A DNA stretch of 64,000 nucleotides from an uncultured virus (IMG/VR IMGVR_UViG_2630968639_000002) (IMGVR_UViG_2630968639_000002:1-64000), one strand, 5' to 3'. Shown: positions 1-10,797, counted from the stretch's first letter. The notes: generated by a model from the letters alone, not told the origin. Translations and numbers: made by a program.

Positions 1-272
1 TAATCACATATGTGATTACGCTACGAAAGAAATCTGGATGTCTCAGGCGACGAAAGTCATCATAATTTTCCCCGCTCACCTGTCCGACAACCGCTGGTTG
101 GATTCCACCAGCTTCCCGATGTTTTTTCTACATAAAGGCGAATGCAGCCGTTTCCCGAAAAAATCCTGGCCGTTTCCCGTCGGCTCATGAATACGTTCCT
201 CGCCGTTTCTGAAAATTTCCCTGAGGCAGCTGGTGTCTATAGAGAAAGGGCCGTTTCTGGCCCTCTTCTCAG

Positions 273-755
273 TTACACGCCATCAAGGATGTGGATGCGG
301 TTGCTTGCGTATACATTCAGCATAAAGTTAGCGCAAAACAGTTTCCATGTATCAACGCCAGCGGTATACGTAATGTTTTTGCATTTAATTGCATTGTTGG
401 CGATCCGCATCCCCTGCGATACTGCTTCATCGTCGGAAAATTTGAACGACGATTGAGTTTTAATCCAGACAGAAATCTGCGTAGCGAACTCAATCAGCTT
501 GGACTGGCAGAATCGCCCGGAGCGCACCGGAAAGACGAACGTTCCGAATCCAGAATTTACCACATACGCTTTCTCAAATACCCGCGAGTAACGACGATTG
601 CCAATGATGTCGCGTGCAATAATGCATTTTTCTTGTGCTGACAGTTCTACCGTCTCATTGTCGCGCCATGCACCAAGTACTCGTTTTTCAATGTCAGAGA
701 ACGTTACAGCGATATTGCCATGTGCGGGTGCGTTTACAGTAGCGATAAAATTCAT
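273..755 (-). CDS. hypothetical phage protein
   Basis: 160-aa ORF, AAGGA RBS, own promoter/operator, downstream hairpin at 241-270. Confidence 0.75.
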   Translation of the reverse strand: MNFIATVNAPAHGNIAVTFSDIEKRVLGAWRDNETVELSAQEKCIIARDIIGNRRYSRVFEKAYVVNSGFGTFVFPVRSGRFCQSKLIEFATQISVWIKTQSSFKFSDDEAVSQGMRIANNAIKCKNITYTAGVDTWKLFCANFMLNVYASNRIHILDGV

Positions 756-920
756 GATTAATTCCTTATCGTAAATAACAAATTGTTTCTTGTTGTTGTT
801 AATTATCGTTGTACGAATAAGGCGTCAAAGTGGAAAGTTGCGGTAGCCGGACGGGAACAGGTGGGTTTGTCGGTTGCCTGGAGGTAAGAGGTTGGTGTTT
901 TTAGCCTGCGGGAAACAGGA

Positions 921-2022
921 TGGTCATTTAAGGCCACCAATGCTGATGGCCTTGTTTTCAACTGGAATAAGAATAATCTGTATTGATGAGTAAAGGCGCA
1001 TCATCCACTAATCCTGACAGAAACCAGCGAGCAGTCCCGTAAAGTTCAAGGGCGTCAAGATAGCCTTCATGCAGTGCACCAACCCCAAACACATCATTAT
1101 CAGCCATAGCTACCGCATCTACGGCCAGATACTCTATGAGTTCTTCCATGCTTTTTATATTTATATCGTCTAAAATCTCCAGTTTGTTCTCAATCTCATT
1201 GAAAGGGATATCCGGCATCGAATGCACTATGATTTTTGGCACATCATTCTCATTATTTACCTCCACAATAACAATTCCATACTCTGTAAAAAGAGAACTA
1301 AAGAATCTATTAAACTCTAAATTAACAAAAGATGCCGAACCATTTAAACGCTCAACATATGGGGAACGAAAAGCTGAATGTAAATTATTTTTTCTACTTT
1401 CCTTGCCATATTCTATAATCAACTCTTTATTTTTGATCTTCTCGAGTATTCCACCTAGCTCCTCTACAATTAAAGCGCCAGTGTTTTCTCTTTCTTTTGA
1501 TACTATAGTTGAAAGACTGATCAAGGCTTCTGTTATACTGTTATTAGAAACGATCAGATGAAATAGCTCCAGCATAGCCAATCGACCACTATCAGTGAAC
1601 GTAACAAAGTTTATTGCATCTATTTCATTTTTAATCGCAAGAAACTCACATTTATTTTTGATGTTTTCCCGAATTGACATCTCCACACGCTGTCTTATTC
1701 TCAACACCTGCTTAAAGTAAGTATTTTCAAAACATTCGACAGAAAATGTCTTCTTACCATCATTCACAATAGCCAATCTGTATTCACATTCAAGACCATT
1801 AAGTTCAAGGCAATCACAGTCATATTGGGACCCATCTTTAACTGAAAACAATTCACTAATGTCAATTTGTCCCAAAAATACTGGTTTCATTTTTAATTCC
1901 TCGTTTGTTTTCGATGTGATAATTATCGCTGAATGAAATAGGCTAAAAAGAAGATTTGTAAGGCAACTATCTGGAAGTAAGGCAAAGGGTGGTCATTTAA
2001 GACCACCAATGCTGGTGGCCTT
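921..2022. repeat. 33-bp direct repeat pair (921-953 and 1990-2022), each containing a terminator-like hairpin
   Basis: TGGTCATTTAAGGCCACCAATGCTGATGGCCTT vs TGGTCATTTAAGACCACCAATGCTGGTGGCCTT. Confidence 0.85.
958..1890 (-). CDS. hypothetical protein (AT-rich cassette)
   Basis: 310-aa ORF, GAGG RBS, flanked by 33-bp direct repeats. Confidence 0.75.
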   Translation of the reverse strand: MKPVFLGQIDISELFSVKDGSQYDCDCLELNGLECEYRLAIVNDGKKTFSVECFENTYFKQVLRIRQRVEMSIRENIKNKCEFLAIKNEIDAINFVTFTDSGRLAMLELFHLIVSNNSITEALISLSTIVSKERENTGALIVEELGGILEKIKNKELIIEYGKESRKNNLHSAFRSPYVERLNGSASFVNLEFNRFFSSLFTEYGIVIVEVNNENDVPKIIVHSMPDIPFNEIENKLEILDDINIKSMEELIEYLAVDAVAMADNDVFGVGALHEGYLDALELYGTARWFLSGLVDDAPLLINTDYSYSS

Positions 2023-2027
2023 AATAA

Positions 2028-2171
2028 TTATCGCCCGATTACGCTAAGGATCTTTTCCTCAACTGATTTGTTGTTGCGACTAAACTGCCTTGCGTATCTG
2101 ATGACAGAAGAGGCGTTTCGCTTTCTGACCATCTCGGCTCTTTCCTTCAGGCGTTTCTTGAAATCGCCCAT
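2028..2171 (-). CDS. small basic hypothetical protein (47 aa, MGDFKKRLKER...)
   Basis: Manually read ORF directly downstream of 2174-2548, ending at a terminator. Confidence 0.55.
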   Translation of the reverse strand: MGDFKKRLKERAEMVRKRNASSVIRYARQFSRNNKSVEEKILSVIGR

Positions 2172-2173
2172 AT

Positions 2174-2548
2174 TTACCACCAGGCGCAGAAGGTCAGTCT
2201 GTTATTGTGAAAGTCGTGGTTCCTGATCAGGTCTTCCACAAGCTCTTTCAACTCCCCCACATCATGCCAGTAACCTTCATCGTACTCCTGACTGCCGAAG
2301 AAAAAACCTTCCCGGGTAGGCAAGTACTCTTCGCAATTACTTTCGTTTATGTGCATCAAATGAGCCTTCAGAAGACAAATGTCATTCATCGTTAATTCTA
2401 AAAGTTCACAATTTTCGACTTCACCTACGTTGCGCTCCATCCACCCAACGAGCGCATTGAACTTACGGAAGTAAGCAACCTGCTTTCTTGATGCCTCGTT
2501 ATTCAGATCGTTTTTAGGCTGTGTCTCGATATAGATATCAAGTCCCAT
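2174..2548 (-). CDS. hypothetical phage protein (MGLDIY...)
   Basis: ORF with AAGGA RBS; MGLD...YFRKFNAL..W pattern common in phage proteins. Confidence 0.75.
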   Translation of the reverse strand: MGLDIYIETQPKNDLNNEASRKQVAYFRKFNALVGWMERNVGEVENCELLELTMNDICLLKAHLMHINESNCEEYLPTREGFFFGSQEYDEGYWHDVGELKELVEDLIRNHDFHNNRLTFCAWW

Positions 2549-2665
2549 GATGGTTTCCTTATTAAGTTGCTTCAGTGAAATCATTTTCACAAATCAGATA
2601 AGGCAGAAAACAAATTGTTATCGGGTATAAGAAAATGGCGCGGTTTACGCGCCATTTAAAGAGGA

Positions 2666-3061
2666 TTAAGCGAATACGCTTTCAGGGATTAAGGTGTCGG
2701 CAGGAATGCCAGAGGTAATGCGCAGGCCGTACTGACCAATCCAGGTAGTGTTGGTATTCAGGTTGGAGGCGAATACGGTGTTAACCATATTCATCATGGT
2801 TTCAAACACCTCTTCATCAACCTGGCGGAAGTAGTTCTCGATTTTCAGCAGCAGCGGGTCAGTTGCATCGAGAATGGACTGGTATTGAGTCGCGTACTCG
2901 CCGCCGGAGGCATCACCTTTACGCACGATCGTACTGGCCTGGACTTCGGCACCAGTTTCGGTGTTGTGCGTAACAACGGTGATTTTTGCCACATTCTTAC
3001 CTTCGGCGGTTTCAGAGGCATAGTAAACATCAACTGTCAGTTTTTCGCGTTTAACGGTCAT
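2666..3061 (-). CDS. hypothetical protein
   Basis: GGAG RBS before MTVKREK; sigma70 promoter upstream. Confidence 0.75.
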   Translation of the reverse strand: MTVKREKLTVDVYYASETAEGKNVAKITVVTHNTETGAEVQASTIVRKGDASGGEYATQYQSILDATDPLLLKIENYFRQVDEEVFETMMNMVNTVFASNLNTNTTWIGQYGLRITSGIPADTLIPESVFA

Positions 3062-3187
3062 TTCACTCTCCGTAGTGTTTTGGTTATTTTTATATTCTAT
3101 GATAGTAAGTATGTACTTACAATACAAAAAAGCCCCGTAAGGATGGCGGGGCTGTCGTACTGTCGACTAATTGCCACTTGCACATTA

Positions 3188-3499
3188 TCAGGCTATTGCC
3201 ATCACTGATGCTCTCTGAATCTCTTGCTGGGCCACGCGGTTAACTTCCATCAAAGCCAGTTCGAGCTGATGTTCCGGCCACATTCTTTGAAATGCCACCC
3301 AGCCTTTTCCACGCTGGCGACGAACATTCATTACATAACGAGTAAAGGTGTTTTTATCGAAAGATACCGCTGTTTCACGGAACAGACGAATAGAGGTTCC
3401 ATTGGCAACGATGTCCAGCAAAGTTAATTGAGCAACCAGCGCAGGCTTCTCTTTTCTCTTCTGGTCTTTGTCCAGACCAAGAACCAATGATTTTTTCAT
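3188..3499 (-). CDS. hypothetical protein
   Basis: GGAG RBS and operator upstream. Confidence 0.7.
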   Translation of the reverse strand: MKKSLVLGLDKDQKRKEKPALVAQLTLLDIVANGTSIRLFRETAVSFDKNTFTRYVMNVRRQRGKGWVAFQRMWPEHQLELALMEVNRVAQQEIQRASVMAIA

Positions 3500-3652
3500 C
3501 ACAACTCCGTAAACAACTTGTTTTCTCAATGGCGTAAATAATACCAGTAAGAAAACGGCTACAAAGCATATTGATCAGGCGCATGAGCGATATGCAGGTT
3601 CTTCCCTGCGGCTATAGAGAAATTAAGCCAGCAATGCTGGCTTTGGTTGGGG

Positions 3653-3982
3653 TTACTCGAATACTTCAAGAAACTCCTGAACGTCCCAATGCTGGACGAG
3701 GTGAAGATAGACCTTAGAAATCACGTCATTTTCGCTATCGCATGTGAAGTAGTACTTCTGGCTGCGGTTGTATGTGTCCACACAAAATTCGCTCATATCC
3801 ATAAAGTCAGCATCTTCACCCATGTCGCAAATCATCAAAGCAGGTGCGTCATCACGAGTCATCAGCTCAAGCACCCACCGCGAATTGATCAGAGTGGAAG
3901 ACCAACCTTCTAACTCATAAAACTGATCAAACTCTTTTTGAGTTAATTTCTTGATTTGGTTGATGTCGATATTTGCAAACAT
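3653..3982 (-). CDS. acidic hypothetical protein
   Basis: AAGGA RBS and operator upstream. Confidence 0.7.
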   Translation of the reverse strand: MFANIDINQIKKLTQKEFDQFYELEGWSSTLINSRWVLELMTRDDAPALMICDMGEDADFMDMSEFCVDTYNRSQKYYFTCDSENDVISKVYLHLVQHWDVQEFLEVFE

Positions 3983-5506
3983 AAAGCAATCCTTAAACAA
4001 CTTGTTTTCTCGTTGGTGTTATTATCGCAATAACGCACAGGCGAAAAAGGATTTTATTCCGGTGAATGTTGTTTTGGCAGTGAGTTTTCAGGTTCAGTAT
4101 CGAGTACACTTTTTACATTATTCTGATTTAGTGGCCGAAGGTGGCTGGTGGGCAGAATAATCCTCTCCCCGAAAACCTACTGAAATCGATTGTGACCCGT
4201 TGGCTGTCTGGCACAATTACGCTGTAGCTGGGCATTCAGAGGGAATCCAGCGGTAAGTAAGTTCGCCTGCACGTGAGCGCCTCTCTTCTTCCCGCACATT
4301 ACAGGTGGGTAGCCGCAACTCTCCCTCACGCTATACCGGTACGCCGCCGTTCCTGAACCGGCATCGAGCCTTTTCCCGAAATCCACACAGGCAACTCGAC
4401 CGTTTCCCTGAAAACCTCCAGCCGTTCCCCGAAGGCAACCCAGCCGTTTCTGTAGCGGGATGCAACCTTTTCCCTGTATGGACCGAAGGCTGACCGTAGG
4501 GGTTTTACGGGGGATAAAATCAGGAGTTGAATAAATACGAAAAAGGAGGCGACACCCCTCCTTCCCTCCCCACTTATACATACCTGGCTTCTTCGCTATA
4601 CATGTTGTGTTTTCTTCGTGTTTTATCTGTCTCAACCTCTCTATAGGCGTTAATGCTCACTCCTTCCAGAATGTTCTATACGGCGACTATTTCTGTTGGT
4701 GAATTGGGTGTGTTGTTTTCTCTGTCGGTGTATGTGGTTTCGTTCGTTTTGCGGTGGTTCTTCTATGGGGTGTTCTCGTCGTTTTGGTGATTGTTCTTCT
4801 CCGTGTATGGAGTAATGGCAGGTGGGCGATTCCTTTCGTTATTGTGTTTGAGTTGTTTGTCTGGAGTGCGTGAAGGGCTTTTGTAGTTATTCGTGTATTG
4901 GGTAATGGCATTTCCCGTGATTGTTATGTTTCGTGTCTTTTGGGATTGAGAGAATCCTTGCGGTTACAGGCTTCGTTGGGGTTTCAGTGATTCTGGTGTT
5001 TCTTCGCTGTTTGGGGAATGGCGTGTCGTGGGTATCGCGCGTATGAATGTTTTCGGATTGCCTGTGAAAGTTAGGTTGGTTGTCCGGTAGCCTGGGGAGA
5101 AGAGGTGGGTTGTTTTTGGAAATGGCATGTGTGTTATTTAGTTGTTTTGTTATGCCTGAAAATAAGTTGTTTATATGGTTGTGTAACGCAACGGGAGCGA
5201 TTTTGAGCGTGTGTTTTTGTTGGTAGTGTGTTGGGTCGTCTGTGGTGAAAATTGGACGCTGTGGCGCTGTCTGCTGCGTAGAGTTGCGGGTATAAGAAGT
5301 GATGTGTGAAAACGTCAATTTTTTAGACCAAATCGGGTGAAAGCGTTGACGTTTCGTTGATCTGTTATTTAGTTGTTTTCTTATTTGTATAAACAACCAT
5401 AACCTATTGATATTTAAGGGTATGATTGCAGGTATGGAAGGGGAGTAGTGGCGATCAACGGATTCTTATAGAAAAGAATCAAATTGTGACCGCCATTATC
5501 AATGTT

Positions 5507-6241
5507 TTACATAGTTTTGTTTAGCAGAGAGAGAATTTCATCACTAATTTCACTCGCCTGTTTGATAGCCAATGCAGTTACCTCTTCTATGGTTGGTGAC
5601 TGTTGATGCTCATGTTTGGTTTCAGTTATGACAATGTGTTCTTCACCTGAATTTGCGCATAGTGCCGCATTGACGATAAGGTTTGAGTAAGAATTTAGCA
5701 GAGCACTGTTGATGAACGCTTTCACGGTATTACTGTCTGCACCAAATACATCTTTTCTGACCGCTTCAGCCTCACAGCGAACCCCTGCAGCAACATCGTG
5801 AAGAACATGTATGGCCTTGGAGCTTGTTTGTTCACAGTACTCAATCATTATTGTCGAATTGTTCTGTTCAACAAACGATCTGATGCCTGACGATTCACCC
5901 ATAGCATCGAAGGCAGCATGACCCGCACTGGTAGAGATATCTTCATAGAGTTCTTCATCGCTATCTTTTTCTTCAGGTGTCGAGGTGTCTTCATCGTCGT
6001 AATAGATATTGCCTTTAATCAGTGTCTTGGACACTTGATATAAACAATAAGAAACGAGATTTAAGCATTGGATTTTAGCTGTATTGTCCTTTGTCGCCTC
6101 GCTCTTCAGTTCTTTCGCTTCTTCAGTAAGGCTGTTGATAAGACTTTGTATTTTTTCCAACGCGTTAGGCGCACACTCCGCGTTGTCCATAAAGAATTTA
6201 TAACCAGTCCCAGGGATTTCTAAACTTTTCAACTTTTTCAT
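5507..6241 (-). CDS. hypothetical protein
   Basis: 244-aa ORF with acidic central stretch. Confidence 0.65.
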   Translation of the reverse strand: MKKLKSLEIPGTGYKFFMDNAECAPNALEKIQSLINSLTEEAKELKSEATKDNTAKIQCLNLVSYCLYQVSKTLIKGNIYYDDEDTSTPEEKDSDEELYEDISTSAGHAAFDAMGESSGIRSFVEQNNSTIMIEYCEQTSSKAIHVLHDVAAGVRCEAEAVRKDVFGADSNTVKAFINSALLNSYSNLIVNAALCANSGEEHIVITETKHEHQQSPTIEEVTALAIKQASEISDEILSLLNKTM

Positions 6242-6286
6242 TTCTTTGATAATCCTAAAAACAAACTACCAATGCTTTAATATCTG

Positions 6287-6586
6287 TTACCAGTTCCAGC
6301 ACTCAAGCCCTTCAACGACCGGCGCACCACAATCAAAATGTACAGAGTCAAAGCCTACATCAAGTACTTTCTGAATGTTAGCAATCGCGCCTTCGGATAT
6401 ACCATATCGACGCAAGTCGTCTTTCCAGACATCATTCTGTAACCCGGCGTGAACAATACAACCGCCATCAATTTGTGAAACCCAATCCAGCTCATTGCTT
6501 GCGATCATGAATCGGCGAGCATCTTCCTCTGATGTATGAGATGAACTGATCAATGCCACCTGGTAGGCTTGGGTAATGTTCAACAT
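6287..6586 (-). CDS. hypothetical protein (DUF5983-like C-terminus FDCGAPVVEGL..W.W)
   Basis: GGAG RBS, double operator upstream; family assignment from recall. Confidence 0.65.
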   Translation of the reverse strand: MLNITQAYQVALISSSHTSEEDARRFMIASNELDWVSQIDGGCIVHAGLQNDVWKDDLRRYGISEGAIANIQKVLDVGFDSVHFDCGAPVVEGLECWNW

Positions 6587-6747
6587 TTCAACTACTCCAA
6601 AACAAGTTGTTTTCTTATGTGGCTTATTATCTCAATCAACAAAAGGTAGAAAACAAATTGTTTTAGGGCTTGTGTAAATCAGGAGGGATTGTGTCTATAT
6701 GAAAATGCCCAGCGTGTTGCCGGGCATTGTGAAAAATGGTTGTTTAG

Positions 6748-8781
6748 TTACTTAACTTGGTGGCCTGGTTTAGCACCAGCATCCGGGCTTAACAGGAAGA
6801 TATCTTTTCCGCCAGGGCCAGCAGCCATCACCATGCCTTCGGAGATACCGAAGCGCATTTTACGCGGTGCCAGGTTAGCCACCATAATGGTGTGACGACC
6901 AATCAGTGCCTGTGGGTCTGGATAAGCAGAACGGATGCCTGAGAAGACATTGCGTTTTTCACCGCCGAGATCCAGCGTCAGGCGCAGCAGTTTGTCAGAA
7001 CCTTCAACAAACTCTGCGTTTTCGATCAGTGCCACGCGCAGGTCAACTTTGGCAAAGTCGTCAAAGGTGATGGTTTCCTGAATCGGGTCGTCTGCCAGCG
7101 GGCCAGTAACTGGCGCGGCAGCTGCTTTCACTTCTTCTTTGGATGCTTCCACCAGTGCTTCAACCTGCTTCATATCGATGCGGTTATACAGTGCCTTGAA
7201 CGGATTCACTTTATGACCCAGCAGCGGTTGCTGGATACCATCCCAGGTCAGTTCTGTATTCAGGAATGCTTCTGCACGTTCAGTCAGTTTCGGCAGTACC
7301 GGCTTCAGGTACGTCATCAGCACGCGGAACAGGTTAATGCCCATAGAGCAAATCGCCTGCAGATCGGCATCGCGTCCTTCCTGCTTCGCCACCACCCACG
7401 GAGCCTGTTCATCGACATAGCGGTTAGCCAGGTCAGCCAATGCCATGATTTCACGGATAGCTTTACCAAATTCACGGCTTTCCCATGCTTCGCCAATCAC
7501 TTCAGCGGCATCAGTAAAGGTTTTGTACAGTTGCGGGTCAGCCAGTTCGCTTGCCAGCACGCCGTCAAAACGCTTGTTGATAAAGCCTGCATTACGGGAG
7601 GCCAGGTTAACCACTTTGTTCACGATATCGGCATTCACGCGCTGAACGAAATCCTCCAGGTTGAGATCGATATCATCAATGCGCGAAGAGAGTTTCGCAG
7701 TGTAGTAGTAACGCAGGCTGTCAGCGTCAAAATGATTCAGCCAGGTGCTGGCTTTAATAAAGGTGCCGCGAGACTTGGACATCTTCGCGCCGTTCACCGT
7801 CACATAGCCGTGAACAAACAGGTTGGTCGGCTTGCGGAAGTTGCTGCCTTCCAGCATGGCAGGCCAGAACAGGCTGTGGAAGTAAACAATATCTTTACCG
7901 ATGAAGTGGTACAGCTCGGCGGTGGAGTCTTTCTTCCAGTATTCATCGAAGCTGGTGGTATCGCCGCGCTTGTCGCACAGATTCTTGAAGGAACCCATGT
8001 AGCCAATCGGCGCGTCCAGCCAGACGTAGAAATATTTGCCCGGCGCGTTCGGAATTTCAAAACCGAAGTAGGGCGCATCTCGGGAGATATCCCACTGTTG
8101 CAGGCCGGATTCAAACCATTCCTGCATTTTGTTCGCCACCTGCTCCTGCAACGCGCCGCTGCGGGTCCATGCCTGCAACATTTCGCTGAAAGAAGGCAGA
8201 TCAAAGAAGAAGTGTTCGGAATCACGCATTACCGGGGTAGCGCCAGAAACCACCGATTTCGGCTCGATCAATTCAGTCGGGCTATATGTTGCGCCGCAGA
8301 CTTCACAGTTATCGCCGTATTGATCTGGCGCTTTACATTTCGGGCAGGTGCCTTTTACAAAACGATCCGGCAGGAACATGCCTTTTTCCGGGTCGTACAA
8401 CTGAGAGATAGTGCGGTTTTTAATAAAACCGTTCTCTTTCAGGCGAGTATAGATAAGCTCAGACAACTGACGGTTCTCTTCGCTGTGCGTCGAGTGATAG
8501 TTGTCATAGCTGATGTTAAAGCCTGCGAAATCAGTCTGGTGTTCCTGACTCATTTCGCCAATCATCTGCTCCGGTGTGATACCAAGCTGCTGTGCTTTCA
8601 GCATGATCGGCGTACCGTGGGCATCGTCGGCACAGATGAAATTAACCTCGTGGCCGCGCATTCGCTGGTAACGAACCCAGACATCAGCCTGGATGTGCTC
8701 CAGCATATGGCCGAGGTGGATTGAGCCGTTAGCGTACGGCAGCGCGCACGTCACCAGAATTTTCTTCGCGACTTGGGTCAT
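6748..8781 (-). CDS. metG: methionine--tRNA ligase (677 aa)
   Basis: HLGH and KMSKS motifs, Zn knuckle, C-terminal tRNA-binding domain; nearly identical to E. coli MetG starting at MTQVAKK. Confidence 0.99.
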   Translation of the reverse strand: MTQVAKKILVTCALPYANGSIHLGHMLEHIQADVWVRYQRMRGHEVNFICADDAHGTPIMLKAQQLGITPEQMIGEMSQEHQTDFAGFNISYDNYHSTHSEENRQLSELIYTRLKENGFIKNRTISQLYDPEKGMFLPDRFVKGTCPKCKAPDQYGDNCEVCGATYSPTELIEPKSVVSGATPVMRDSEHFFFDLPSFSEMLQAWTRSGALQEQVANKMQEWFESGLQQWDISRDAPYFGFEIPNAPGKYFYVWLDAPIGYMGSFKNLCDKRGDTTSFDEYWKKDSTAELYHFIGKDIVYFHSLFWPAMLEGSNFRKPTNLFVHGYVTVNGAKMSKSRGTFIKASTWLNHFDADSLRYYYTAKLSSRIDDIDLNLEDFVQRVNADIVNKVVNLASRNAGFINKRFDGVLASELADPQLYKTFTDAAEVIGEAWESREFGKAIREIMALADLANRYVDEQAPWVVAKQEGRDADLQAICSMGINLFRVLMTYLKPVLPKLTERAEAFLNTELTWDGIQQPLLGHKVNPFKALYNRIDMKQVEALVEASKEEVKAAAAPVTGPLADDPIQETITFDDFAKVDLRVALIENAEFVEGSDKLLRLTLDLGGEKRNVFSGIRSAYPDPQALIGRHTIMVANLAPRKMRFGISEGMVMAAGPGGKDIFLLSPDAGAKPGHQVK

Positions 8782-8938
8782 AGTAGGCATTACTTCTTTG
8801 TAGTGAAAAGGGGCTTGATAGTAACAAAATGGCCTTATGTCTGCCATGTGATAACAGCATTTCTCATAAATGATTAAATGTCGTAGCTGGAGTACACTAC
8901 AAGGCGACAATTGCGCAAATTAAAATAAAGGAGACGGG

Positions 8939-10039
8939 ATGAGCGAGTCCAAATCGCCGGATGCCCTGAGAGCAATGGTAGCCGGTACGCTGGCTAATTT
9001 TCAGCACCCAACCCTGAAACACAACCTGACTACGCTTAAAGCGTTACACCATGTTGCGTTGATGGATGACACACTGCATGTCGAACTAATCATGCCTTTC
9101 GTGTGGAATAAGCCTTTTGAAGACCTGAAAGAGCAATGTAGTGGTGATCTGCTCCGTATCACTGGCGCAAAGGCTATTGACTGGAAGCTGTCGTACAACA
9201 TTGCCACGCTTAAGCGCGTCAAAAACCAACCAGGCATTAATGGCGTTAAGAACATTATCGCCGTCAGCTCAGGCAAGGGCGGCGTGGGTAAATCCTCCAC
9301 GGCGGTAAACCTGGCACTGGCGTTGGCTGCTGAAGGTGCGAAAGTTGGTATTTTGGATGCCGATATCTATGGTCCATCAATTCCAACCATGCTGGGCGCG
9401 GAAAACCAACGTCCAACCTCACCTGACGGTACTCACATGGCACCTATCATGTCTCATGGCCTGGCAACCAACTCTATTGGTTATCTGGTCACCGACGACA
9501 ATGCAATGGTGTGGCGTGGACCGATGGCGAGCAAGGCGTTAATGCAGATGTTGCAGGAAACATTGTGGCCTGATCTGGACTATCTTGTTCTCGATATGCC
9601 GCCGGGCACTGGTGATATTCAGTTGACGCTGGCGCAGAACATTCCTGTAACTGGTGCTGTTGTGGTAACTACGCCGCAAGACATCGCGCTGATCGATGCG
9701 AAGAAAGGCATTGTGATGTTCGAAAAAGTCGAAGTGCCGGTACTTGGTATCGTCGAAAACATGAGTGTGCATATTTGCAGTAACTGCGGTCATCACGAGC
9801 CAATTTTTGGCACCGGTGGCGCAGAGAAACTGGCCGAGAAATACAACACGCAGTTGTTAGGCCAAATGCCACTTCATATCTCTCTTCGTGAAGATCTGGA
9901 TAACGGAACACCAACCGTTATTAGTCGTCCAGATAGTGAATTTACGGCTATTTATCGTGACCTCGCAGATCGCGTTGCTGCCCAAATGTATTGGCAAGGT
10001 GAAGTAATACCTGGCGAAATCGCATTCCGCGCAGTGTGA
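8939..10039 (+). CDS. mrp: Fe-S cluster carrier ATPase Mrp/ApbC
   Basis: GKGGVGKS, DADIYGPS, DMPPGTGD, CxxC motifs; divergent from metG as on the Escherichia chromosome. Confidence 0.98.
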   Translation: MSESKSPDALRAMVAGTLANFQHPTLKHNLTTLKALHHVALMDDTLHVELIMPFVWNKPFEDLKEQCSGDLLRITGAKAIDWKLSYNIATLKRVKNQPGINGVKNIIAVSSGKGGVGKSSTAVNLALALAAEGAKVGILDADIYGPSIPTMLGAENQRPTSPDGTHMAPIMSHGLATNSIGYLVTDDNAMVWRGPMASKALMQMLQETLWPDLDYLVLDMPPGTGDIQLTLAQNIPVTGAVVVTTPQDIALIDAKKGIVMFEKVEVPVLGIVENMSVHICSNCGHHEPIFGTGGAEKLAEKYNTQLLGQMPLHISLREDLDNGTPTVISRPDSEFTAIYRDLADRVAAQMYWQGEVIPGEIAFRAV

Positions 10040-10076
10040 TAAAAAGGCGGTGCATTGCACCGCCTAATCAGTTCTC

Positions 10077-10466
10077 CTACATCACGGGACAATCATCAAA
10101 CTCGCCACTTCTTGCGTCGTTGATAATGTGAGTGATCACACCAAACACGGCATTGCTGCCCGTGCATCCATCGTCATCCTTTGGCAATGCTTCCTTCTTA
10201 CCGGTTCTTAAATCCTCCAGATGCTGACGTGGGTACTTCCGGTATCTTTTTACGCGATATTCCCCATCCAGAGCGCATACAAGCAGAGAACCATCAACCG
10301 GGGTAAGTGAGGAATCGACCACCAGCAATGCACCCTGTAATATTCCCTCACGATGATGACTATCAGCTGCCCTCATGAAGTAGGTCGCTGAAGGATGTCT
10401 AATTATCTGCTGATCAAGAGAAATACGGCTCTCAGCATAATCCGCCGCAGGAGAAGGGAAGCCCAT
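10077..10466 (-). CDS. humD: HumD/UmuD'-like S24 protein
   Basis: Starts MGFPSPAADY, equivalent to cleaved UmuD'; VKR motif; SOS box upstream. Confidence 0.85.
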   Translation of the reverse strand: MGFPSPAADYAESRISLDQQIIRHPSATYFMRAADSHHREGILQGALLVVDSSLTPVDGSLLVCALDGEYRVKRYRKYPRQHLEDLRTGKKEALPKDDDGCTGSNAVFGVITHIINDARSGEFDDCPVM

Positions 10467-10482
10467 AATACTCGCCTCTTAA

Positions 10483-10502
10483 TACTGTATACACATACAG
10501 TA
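10483..10502. promoter_or_regulatory. LexA (SOS) box upstream of humD
   Basis: TACTGTATACACATACAGTA = CTG-N10-CAG. Confidence 0.92.
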
Positions 10503-10594
10503 TATATTGAAGCTATATATTTTTGAACTCTATCTCTTAAAAAAGATGTTAATAAGATGCTAACTATTGAAAGGCATAAATATATACAATTCAA

Positions 10595-10739
10595 ACAAAC
10601 GTTATTTTTAACAAATTTTTTCTTCCCATTGACTTTTTCGAACGCCTTGTCCGGTCTAAAGTGCGCAGAAGTCACTTTTTCCTTCCTGAGTTATCCACAG
10701 GCTTATGCACTTGCATGAAAAATCTATTCACACTATCTT
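10595..10739 (+). promoter_or_regulatory. E. coli nrdAB-promoter-like element with two DnaA boxes
   Basis: TTATCCACA 10691-10699, TTATGCACT 10703-10711, TTGCAT-17-TATCTT; upstream sequence matches my recollection of the nrdA upstream region. Confidence 0.7.
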
Positions 10740-10797
10740 AATTCGCAAGACACTGATGTTGCAGTATTGAGGGTATGTTGGGTTAAAAATAGACATT

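Noticed and set aside
4177..5396. 152-, 74- and 169-aa minus-strand ORFs
   Set aside because: T/H/K/Q-rich translations are explained by the strand-skewed composition; no convincing RBS
7213..8724. 503-aa plus-strand ORF
   Set aside because: Antisense shadow of metG with no recognisable motifs
8782..8910. N-terminal extension of MetG in the ORF track
   Set aside because: Native start is MTQVAKK at 8781; the extension is intergenic DNA
10691..10711. Second replication origin suggested by the DnaA boxes
   Set aside because: No iterons or rep gene nearby; boxes abut a -35/-10 and are better explained as a nrdA-type promoter
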